From assembly GCA_026014495.1 (NCBI GenBank), contig JAOZIF010000079.1:1-21040 (forward strand): DNA of 21,040 nt, read 5' to 3'. The number at the start of each line of letters is the position of its first letter. The stretch's first letter is position 1. Positions 8,861 to 15,796 of this stretch are shown piece after piece. A program made the position numbers and the translations under genes. The stretch comes from Candidatus Bathyarchaeum sp. (GTDB taxonomy: Archaea > Thermoproteota > Bathyarchaeia > Bathyarchaeales > Bathyarchaeaceae). A model generated the notes under the pieces. The model was not told where the DNA came from. It was given only the letters and a program-made list of their open reading frames with translations, and ran no database searches.

Positions 8861-8969
8861 GCCGGGGTAGCCTAGCCTGGTTATGGCGCCAGACTCATGA
8901 TCTGGAGAGCAATCTCCTAAAAAATTAGGTGCCCAGAAGTCGCGGGCTCGACTCCCGCCCCCGGCACCA
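8861..8969 (+). tRNA. tRNA-Met(CAU), elongator type, intron-containing, CCA encoded
   Basis: Acceptor GCCGGGG/CCCCGGC, D arm GCCT..GGC, anticodon stem CCAGA/TCTGG with loop CTCATGA (CAT at 8896-8898), T arm GCGGG-CTCGACT-CCCGC, A73 and CCA at 8967-8969. G1-C72 argues against the initiator; Ile2(CAU) is not formally excluded. Confidence 0.92.
8908..8938 (+). other. 31-nt tRNA intron at non-canonical position 45/46
   Basis: Removing it restores the variable loop AG|GTC. It forms a relaxed bulge-helix-bulge with central helix CTGG/CCAG, bulges AGA and AAG, and upper helix GCA/TGC. Confidence 0.8.
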
Positions 8970-9071
8970 CCGTTATCTGATTACGTGTTTATGCCGATTT
9001 TTGTCGAAAAATGATGTCAAATTTTCTTGACAAAAAATCTTTTAAAGAAAATAACGAAGTTACTAAACATA

Positions 9072-11282
9072 ATGATAAAACAAAAACAATTATTTCTTTC
9101 ATTTGTGTTTCTTTCTGCGCTTTCAATTAGCCTCTTTGCTTTCCCAGTTAACGCATCACAGACAGGCTGGAAAAAAGCTTACGGTGGGGCATCAGACGAT
9201 TACGGTACCGACTTGATTGAAACAGCCGATGGAGGGTTTGCTATACTCGGTTACACTGAGTCTTTTGGTGCAGGTAAAAGTGATTTTTGGTTAATTAAAA
9301 CTGATTCGAATGGAAACATGGAATGGAACAAGACATATGGTGGACCAGATGTTGATTTTGCTCATTCTTTGATTCAAACTTCTGATGGAGGATATGCCCT
9401 AGCTGGTTCCACTCGCTTTTCTGGAGAAGATTTTTGGTTAGTGAAAACTGATGCTTATGGGAACATGGAGTGGAATCAAACATATGGCGGAGAAAAGCAT
9501 GAAGTAGCTTATGATTTGGTTGAAGCTTCTGACGGTGGTTATGCATTAGCGGGAGAGGTAGATCCCTTTACTCTTTCGGGTGAACCTGACTGTTGGTTAG
9601 TTAAGACTGATGAGTTCGGAAACATGGAGTGGAACCAAACCTATGGAGGAGAAGAACATGATTCGGTATCGTCTTTGATTCAGACTAGTGATGGAGGCTA
9701 CGCCCTAGTGGGGGAAACAACTGCTAGAAATTCTTCCACTAATCTGATACAGTCTGATTCCCTTTTAATCAAAACTGATTCGAATGGAATTATGGAGTGG
9801 AACCAAACCTATGGAACGGGATACTCTAATGATAATTCGCGTTCATTACTTGAAAGACCTGATGGTGGGTATGTTCTGCCCGTAATGATGGAAATGGTTG
9901 TTCAAGATGGCGTTGATGGATTTGGTATAGTTAAAACTGATGAAGTAGGAAATGTAGACTGGAGTAAAACATATCTGGAAACTTGGGTGTCTGAGCTAAA
10001 TTCGTTGATTAGGACATCCGATGGTGGATATGTAGTAACTGGATGGGCAGCCAGGTTATTGTTGATTAAAATTGATGTTCAAGGAAACGTAGAATGGACC
10101 CGCCAATACGGAGGCGCCAGAGTTGACAAAGGGGCATCTGTAGTGGAGACTTCTGATGGAGGTTTTGCAGCAGTTGGCAACACCGCATCATATGCTACTG
10201 ATTACGATTTGTATGGTAGTGATGTTTTCTTTGTTAAAACTGATGCTCAGGGATGGGCTCCATATTTTTATATGCGTATTAAAGAGGATGGAACAGTAGA
10301 AGGAACTGATAAAATTCAGAAGAATGGTAATGTCTACACATTTACTGATGACATTTTTGTTGATTATTTTTCTGTTGAATTAGACAACATAATAATTGAT
10401 GGAAACGGTTACAGTCTCAGTGGTTACGGAGTTTACGGTGCAGGAACTGGATTTGATTTAACAGACAGGCATAATGTTACAATTAAGAACACAACGTTCC
10501 ACAACTTATCTACAGCAATCCGTCTTCAAGACTCATTTTTCAACAATATCACTGAAAACGTCTTTACAGAAAACTTGGAAGCTATTTCCATGTCTGATTC
10601 ATATGACAATGTTATTTCTGGAAATATCTTCCAAGGTAACATTCGAATCGCCATTGACTTTTTCGCTGGAGCTCACAACATGATATCTGAAAACATCATA
10701 ACAGACAACAAGGAGGGGATTCAGATGTTTGGTTCTCATAATACAATAGCCAGAAACGTCATAGCAAACAACACCGACAACGGCTTTGTTGTTCGTGACT
10801 CTTCACAATATAACTTCATCAGAGAAAACACGATAGCAAATCAGCCATATGGTATTCACATTACACATTCTACGTATAATGACATCTTTTGGAACAACAT
10901 AACAGACAACGTGGTAGGCATGTATTTCTACAAATACTCTTCAAACAACACGATTTACTCCAACAATTTCGTCAACAATGAACAACAAATTGTAATTAAC
11001 TTGGAATATGCTACACAAGGAAGCATTAACACATGGGAAGACTCTGGTGAAGGAAACTACTGGAGTAACTATAACGGAACAGACGGCAATTCAGACGGAA
11101 TCGGAGACTCCCCCTACATCATAGACGAAAATAACCAAGACAACAATCCCCTAGTGAAATATTACAGTATTCCCGAATTCCCATTATGGACAATTCTGCC
11201 ACTACTCATCACCACAACCTTAGCGGCTGTCATCTATAGGAAGCGACTGGGCAACACCAGCCAATCTAGGCCTTCATATTAG
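9072..11282 (+). CDS. Secreted/surface protein: 7-repeat beta-propeller-like region, NosD-like parallel beta-helix and PEF-CTERM-like anchor
   Basis: Signal peptide ending 'FAFPVNA'; seven W..tYGG..D....li.T.DGGy....KTD..G repeats; Asn/Ile-rich beta-helix repeats; 'GNYWSNYNGTDGNSDGIGDSPY'; C-terminal 'IPEFP' plus TM helix plus 'YRKR'. ATG 9072 is preferred over TTG 9027. Confidence 0.85.
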   Translation: MIKQKQLFLSFVFLSALSISLFAFPVNASQTGWKKAYGGASDDYGTDLIETADGGFAILGYTESFGAGKSDFWLIKTDSNGNMEWNKTYGGPDVDFAHSLIQTSDGGYALAGSTRFSGEDFWLVKTDAYGNMEWNQTYGGEKHEVAYDLVEASDGGYALAGEVDPFTLSGEPDCWLVKTDEFGNMEWNQTYGGEEHDSVSSLIQTSDGGYALVGETTARNSSTNLIQSDSLLIKTDSNGIMEWNQTYGTGYSNDNSRSLLERPDGGYVLPVMMEMVVQDGVDGFGIVKTDEVGNVDWSKTYLETWVSELNSLIRTSDGGYVVTGWAARLLLIKIDVQGNVEWTRQYGGARVDKGASVVETSDGGFAAVGNTASYATDYDLYGSDVFFVKTDAQGWAPYFYMRIKEDGTVEGTDKIQKNGNVYTFTDDIFVDYFSVELDNIIIDGNGYSLSGYGVYGAGTGFDLTDRHNVTIKNTTFHNLSTAIRLQDSFFNNITENVFTENLEAISMSDSYDNVISGNIFQGNIRIAIDFFAGAHNMISENIITDNKEGIQMFGSHNTIARNVIANNTDNGFVVRDSSQYNFIRENTIANQPYGIHITHSTYNDIFWNNITDNVVGMYFYKYSSNNTIYSNNFVNNEQQIVINLEYATQGSINTWEDSGEGNYWSNYNGTDGNSDGIGDSPYIIDENNQDNNPLVKYYSIPEFPLWTILPLLITTTLAAVIYRKRLGNTSQSRPSY
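9165..10253 (+). repeat. Seven tandem intragenic repeats of about 45-56 aa
   Basis: Recurring DNA such as ATGGAGTGGAACCAAACCTATGG and AAAACTGATTCGAATGGAA, and recurring protein 'MEWNQTYGG' and 'KTD'. Confidence 0.85.
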
Positions 11283-11340
11283 GATACTAATAGAGGTACA
11301 TTGTTGAAAACAACCTTTTTCTGGAAAACTCAGAGCAGCA

Positions 11341-11907
11341 TTAGTTGTTGATTTTTTGGGCAACGTCTTTTGCCCAGCTGCGTATGACATTGAGGTCTCT
11401 TGTGTCGTAGAGTCCAGGCTCTGTTTCTGGGACGCCTGCTGCTTCTAGTTGCGGCTTAACTGCAGACAACGTTTTTCTGAAAAACCATCCCATCTTGTTG
11501 AAGTTGTAGACACCTCCAAACAAGCCATACGCAATTGGCGATAGGTTGTATTTGGCGGCTTTTTCTTCAAGATGATGTGTTCTGGCGTATTCGATTTCTG
11601 TTTTCACGTCTGCTTTTTCATCTAATGGATACTTGGCGCCACAGCAGATGAACATTGCAGTTTTCTTGTTTTTCAACTCTTTCTGAAACTTTTTGAGGAA
11701 TTTTTCGGGCTCTTTTGTCCATTTTTTTATTTTTATTCCGCTGCCGACTACCACAAGCTCGTAATCGCTTATGTCTTTGACTTTTTCGTTTTTGAGGTTA
11801 ACCACTTTAACGTCTAATCCTTCTTGACGAAATACATCCGCAATCTCCTTTGAGGTGCTCTCTGTTGCACCGTAACGCGTGCCATAAACAATTAATGCTT
11901 TAGTCAT
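11341..11907 (-). CDS. Flavodoxin-domain protein (HemG-like/Flavodoxin_5 type)
   Basis: FMN-binding 'LIVYGTRYGATES', 'YELVVVGSGI' and terminal 'DLNVIRSWAK'. Confidence 0.85.
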   Translation of the reverse strand: MTKALIVYGTRYGATESTSKEIADVFRQEGLDVKVVNLKNEKVKDISDYELVVVGSGIKIKKWTKEPEKFLKKFQKELKNKKTAMFICCGAKYPLDEKADVKTEIEYARTHHLEEKAAKYNLSPIAYGLFGGVYNFNKMGWFFRKTLSAVKPQLEAAGVPETEPGLYDTRDLNVIRSWAKDVAQKINN

Positions 11908-12014
11908 ACTAACTCCCCTTGTTTTGTTATAATGTCCATTTGTTTTGTAAAGTTTTCGACCAAAAACTCTGTCTTATGCCTCAAAGCTGGGTTGTCAAAA
12001 AAGTTTTCAAAAAT

Positions 12015-12614
12015 CTATGTTTTATGGGCAATACATAGGTAGAATCCGGGTTCATCTTTAATGCTTATTGTGCTAAATCCTGCCTGTTCCAGCAACTTTG
12101 TCATTTCAGCATTTTTTGGCAACATAGCATGTGCTACATGATGGGAAACTGTTTTGTGGTGAACTTTCAGTTCTTCACTGCTAAGGGCATGAGCTATAAT
12201 CAGTTTGCCGCTGGGTTTTAGCGTAGAATTAATGTTCTGCAAGACTTTCTGCTTGTTCTCTAGATGAGGAAAAACTCCAAAACAGGTAACAACGTCAAAA
12301 GTTTGTGCTGGAAATGTGTCTTCTTGGATGTTTCCAACTTTTATGGTGAGATTCTTTATGTGTGAATATTTTGCTTTGCATTGTTGAACCATTTTTTCTG
12401 AATAGTCAATTGCAATAACTGAGCCATTTGGGCCTACTGCTTTGATTAGGTATGGAATTAACACTCCAGTTCCTGTGCCGACATCCAAAACATTCTGTCC
12501 AGTTTCTATTCCAAACTGGGGCACAAGCTTCTCCAAAAAAGAGCAAAGCTTGGGAGTATGGAACTTTTCGTCCCATACGCTTGCTGCGTTGTTAAAGTAT
12601 TCTTTTGCACTCAT
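12015..12614 (-). CDS. Class I SAM-dependent methyltransferase
   Basis: Motif I 'VLDVGTGTG', then 'VIAIDYSEKMV', 'FDVVTCF' and 'LKPSGKLII'; starts 3 bp after the SBP stop. Confidence 0.9.
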   Translation of the reverse strand: MSAKEYFNNAASVWDEKFHTPKLCSFLEKLVPQFGIETGQNVLDVGTGTGVLIPYLIKAVGPNGSVIAIDYSEKMVQQCKAKYSHIKNLTIKVGNIQEDTFPAQTFDVVTCFGVFPHLENKQKVLQNINSTLKPSGKLIIAHALSSEELKVHHKTVSHHVAHAMLPKNAEMTKLLEQAGFSTISIKDEPGFYLCIAHKT

Positions 12615-12617
12615 TTT

Positions 12618-13586
12618 CTATCTCTTTTTCCTTGCTACATATAGTAGTACTGCCATAACTGCAACTGCTACAAGTGCCAGTGATGTGGTTGTCTGGAATA
12701 GGGTCACTTGGTTTTGTAAATCAGTGTTTTCTGCTTTGAGAGCAGATGTGGACTGCCATGTGTTTGTTGCATTGAAAAGCTGTTCTGCATTGTAGCTAAA
12801 CATTTTAGCCAATGTTTCGGTGTTTGGAATTGCTCCCGGAAAGTTTGTTAAAACTATGTGCTCAGCTCCTACTTGAGAAGCTATTCCTGCTCCAAACTCT
12901 GCATCAAGTTGAAGATTATCTACTACCAGCGCCACTCCCTCGTTTTGTGCGGTCGTTAATAGGTCTGTTATGTCGCCTGCTGACAGCGTTTCTGGCGAAT
13001 TGTATGTTGCTACAACATTGAAGCCAACAGATTCAATGAATGTCTTTAGCCATCCCATGCATATGACTTTCACATTTGCGGCATCCAAAGTTTCAGCTTG
13101 AGTTGTCATCCAGCTGGAAACAGTATCCACTTCAGTTAGCATCTCAGAAATCTTCGAATCCAAATCAACACCCAAAAGTTGGCTCAGGTTTCCTCCCACC
13201 CAGTTAATGTAGTTTTTTGCTCCCGAAGGCGTGTTGTATGCTCCCGGAATAACAACTTGAGTCAAGCCGTCGTTCCCTGCAGATTCAAGCAAATCATCAA
13301 GCCAGAACTCCCCTTGAATACCTTGCTTAAACAGTATCTCGGCGTTGCTTACGGCGTAGACGTCGCTGGGTTTCATGTCAAAATCGGCGGGACACAAACC
13401 TGGCTGAACCAAAACTACAATGTCTGCTGTGTCTCCTAAGCATTCTTCAACTATACTGCCAACCGCGCTTGTTGTGCACACTATTATTGGTTTTTCTGTG
13501 GTATCTTGGGCTTGTACTACCGACAAAAACAGTAGACTAAACATCATTACGTTAATGCTCAAAGTTAACAACTTTTTATTTTTCAT
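12618..13586 (-). CDS. Metal ABC transporter substrate-binding protein (ZnuA/TroA-like fold) with C-terminal membrane anchor
   Basis: 'IIVCTTSAVGSIVEECLGD...LVQPGLCPADFDMKPSDVYAVSNAEILFKQG..EFWLDDL' follows the cluster A-I N-terminal pattern. The real start is ATG 13586 with a signal peptide; the 13733 start overlaps the permease. Confidence 0.8.
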   Translation of the reverse strand: MKNKKLLTLSINVMMFSLLFLSVVQAQDTTEKPIIVCTTSAVGSIVEECLGDTADIVVLVQPGLCPADFDMKPSDVYAVSNAEILFKQGIQGEFWLDDLLESAGNDGLTQVVIPGAYNTPSGAKNYINWVGGNLSQLLGVDLDSKISEMLTEVDTVSSWMTTQAETLDAANVKVICMGWLKTFIESVGFNVVATYNSPETLSAGDITDLLTTAQNEGVALVVDNLQLDAEFGAGIASQVGAEHIVLTNFPGAIPNTETLAKMFSYNAEQLFNATNTWQSTSALKAENTDLQNQVTLFQTTTSLALVAVAVMAVLLYVARKKR

Positions 13587-14409
13587 TTCCGTTTTCCTCC
13601 TTTCTTCTTCGTTTTGGTGATAGAAGAAGTGCGACCGCAAAAACAATGGTTGATACAATAACGATACACGAGCCAACAGGCAAATCAAAAACCAAAGAAA
13701 CAAGAAGACCCGAAACAGTCGTAGCAGCTCCAATTAAAGGAGAAACAATCACTACTGTTCGCATGTCCTCAAAAAACTGCAGAGTCGTAGATGCAGGATT
13801 AAAAATAAGCGCATAGATAAGTAGTCCACCCACAAGTTTGAGTGAAAAAGTTATGACAACTCCAGACAACAAAATAATCATGTAAACAAAGGGCTTGGTG
13901 CGAATTCCATCTGCTTCAGCTAATTTTCTGTTAAACATTATGGCAAAAAGCTCCTTCCACGTAAAGTAAACTATGGCTACCGCCGAAGCAAACAATGTAG
14001 CAAGATAAACCAAGTCATTGTTGGTCACAGAAATTATGCTGCCCCAAAGCACGTTAGCAACTTGGCTGGTTAGCCCTATCTCTGGAGTTAACGTCAAAAA
14101 CACAAACGCCAAAGCCATGTTCAAAGGAAAAACTATGCTCGTTATTGTATCAACATGTAATCTTGCCTTATCCGCAATTGGACCTATCAAAAAAGCAGTG
14201 CCTGACGCAAAAGCCAATCCAGTTACAAGCGGGTCCATCGCTGTGGCTACACCTAACGCTGCACCTGCAAACGCTCCATGAGACATAGAGTAGCCTATGG
14301 CTGAAAGCCGCATCCTAACAACAAAAACGCCTATTAGACCCATCAAAAACCCTGCAAGAATACAGGCAATTAAGGCTCGTTGCATTATGACGTATTCAAG
14401 CCAAATCAA
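13576..14409 (-). CDS. Metal ABC transporter permease (ZnuB/PsaC-like)
   Basis: 'GLIGVFVVRMRLSAIGYSMSHGAFAGAALG', 'LLSGVVITFSLKLVGGLLIYAL' and 'FDLPVGSCIV'; TTGA overlap with the ATPase stop. Confidence 0.92.
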   Translation of the reverse strand: MIWLEYVIMQRALIACILAGFLMGLIGVFVVRMRLSAIGYSMSHGAFAGAALGVATAMDPLVTGLAFASGTAFLIGPIADKARLHVDTITSIVFPLNMALAFVFLTLTPEIGLTSQVANVLWGSIISVTNNDLVYLATLFASAVAIVYFTWKELFAIMFNRKLAEADGIRTKPFVYMIILLSGVVITFSLKLVGGLLIYALIFNPASTTLQFFEDMRTVVIVSPLIGAATTVSGLLVSLVFDLPVGSCIVIVSTIVFAVALLLSPKRRRKEENGNEK

Positions 14410-15161
14410 TGATGGTGCCCCTCCAACGGTGTTGTGTGTGGATGATTTTCTACAAGAGGCAACGCCTTCTCTGGAGTTCCATCAAACGTGATTCTGCCGC
14501 CAGTCACCACTATAACTCTGTTGCAGTGCTCAAGCATGTGGTGAATGTCATGAGTTACAATAAGGGTTGTTAAATCCTGTTTTTCATGAAGTTCTGTGAT
14601 TAATAATGGAATTTGTCCCCGTGAATCAGGGTCCAAATTGCTGAAGGGCTCATCCAAAAGAAGAATCCTTGGTTTTTTTGCCATTGCCCTGGCCAGCATA
14701 ACTTTTTGTTGTTGCCCGCCAGAAAGTTTACCCATTGGTCTTGACGCAAGCTCTTGGATTCCCAAAAGTTTCATGGCTTGTTCTGCACGTTTTTTGTCCT
14801 CTTCACTGGGACGGTTTAGAAAGCCTATTTGCCCATAACAGCCCATCAACACTACATCAAATGCTGTGTATGGTTCTCCGGGTTTAACCATAAAATCTTG
14901 AGGAACATACCCGATTTCGCGTCTAACTTCTCTTCCATGACTTTGGACGTCCAATCCAAAAACAGACACTTTACCATTGAATGGTGGGAGTAGCCCATTT
15001 ATTGTTTCAAGTAGAGTTGTTTTTCCAGACGCGTTTGGTCCCACAACATAAACTAGCTCGTTTCTGTTGACGGTTAGGTTTATGCCTTTGATGGCGGGTC
15101 TTCGTTCGCCCTCGTAGACGGTTGAAACGTTTTCAAGCTTGATTATTACGTCTTCGGTCAT
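14406..15161 (-). CDS. Metal ABC transporter ATP-binding protein (ZnuC-like)
   Basis: Walker A GPNASGKTT, 'IGYVPQ', signature LSGGQQQK, Walker B LLLDEP, H-loop VTHD and His tail 'HPH...GHHH'. Start is ATG 15161 or GTG 15182. Confidence 0.95.
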   Translation of the reverse strand: MTEDVIIKLENVSTVYEGERRPAIKGINLTVNRNELVYVVGPNASGKTTLLETINGLLPPFNGKVSVFGLDVQSHGREVRREIGYVPQDFMVKPGEPYTAFDVVLMGCYGQIGFLNRPSEEDKKRAEQAMKLLGIQELASRPMGKLSGGQQQKVMLARAMAKKPRILLLDEPFSNLDPDSRGQIPLLITELHEKQDLTTLIVTHDIHHMLEHCNRVIVVTGGRITFDGTPEKALPLVENHPHTTPLEGHHH

Positions 15162-15209
15162 TGTTTGTGGGCTCTCCTGCACGGGTATACGGTTTCAACC
15201 AACCCGCAA

Positions 15210-15237
15210 GTATTACCTTTTACGTTTTTCGTATTAC
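15210..15237. promoter_or_regulatory. 28-bp GTATTAC-N14-GTATTAC dyad; NikR-like operator over the ABC operon transcription start
   Basis: Two identical quasi-palindromic half-sites 21 bp apart, directly downstream (minus strand) of the TATA-like TTTAATAA at 15245-15252. Confidence 0.6.
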
Positions 15238-15244
15238 TTTGTAG

Positions 15245-15252
15245 TTATTAAA
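15245..15252 (-). promoter_or_regulatory. TATA box of the metal ABC operon
   Basis: The minus strand reads GATAAAGA-TTTAATAA, a purine-rich BRE-like segment followed by a TATA-like segment. Confidence 0.5.
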
Positions 15253-15300
15253 TCTTTATCCCACAACACAAAAAGTAGAGCCAGTTACGTCCTGACCGTT

Positions 15301-15792
15301 TTAGGGAGTCATCGGGAGAATATAGTGCCTTTTTTTACCTATCCAATCACCTATTAACGCGCCTAACCCAAAGCAAACTACAAAGCACAACACAGCAATA
15401 GGCCATGTCCCTGACTCGCCAATTAGCGCCGTTCTGTTTAGAACATAAATGCAGATTACCCATAAAACAAATCCAAGAGGCGTTATTCCCAGCAGTATGA
15501 ACAGTGCACGGTTTACTTTGAAAGAAGGTCTGACGCGGATATAGTATGCAAATCCCATGCACAGAAATGTTGCAACCAGTCCAATTACAGCTCTTTCCAT
15601 TGTTACGCCTGTAAAAAAAGGAAGAGCTAAACATAAAATGAGGGTCATTACCGCCGTAATTATCCAGTAAGGTTTCCACCACCTAGGCTTAGAACCTTTA
15701 CTTTCAGCCATTTTCAACTTACCTTTTGGCATGTTGCTTTCTTTGGGAAGCCAGCCCCGAATAAGCGATTTTAAACTGTTTTTTAGATTCAT
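15301..15792 (-). CDS. Hypothetical 4-TM membrane protein with N-terminal IRGWLPKE motif
   Basis: 163-aa ORF starting 4 bp after the upstream stop, with a basic N-terminus and four hydrophobic segments. Confidence 0.8.
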   Translation of the reverse strand: MNLKNSLKSLIRGWLPKESNMPKGKLKMAESKGSKPRWWKPYWIITAVMTLILCLALPFFTGVTMERAVIGLVATFLCMGFAYYIRVRPSFKVNRALFILLGITPLGFVLWVICIYVLNRTALIGESGTWPIAVLCFVVCFGLGALIGDWIGKKRHYILPMTP

Positions 15793-15796
15793 AATC

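Noticed and set aside
8731-8928. 65-aa ORF
   Set aside because: It runs through the tRNA gene.
9165-10253. CRISPR-like or DNA-level repeat array
   Set aside because: The repeats are degenerate, in frame and vary at third positions, so they are protein repeats; there are no cas genes.
13587-13733. N-terminal extension of the SBP in the ORF track
   Set aside because: It overlaps the permease in another frame; a clear signal peptide begins at ATG 13586.
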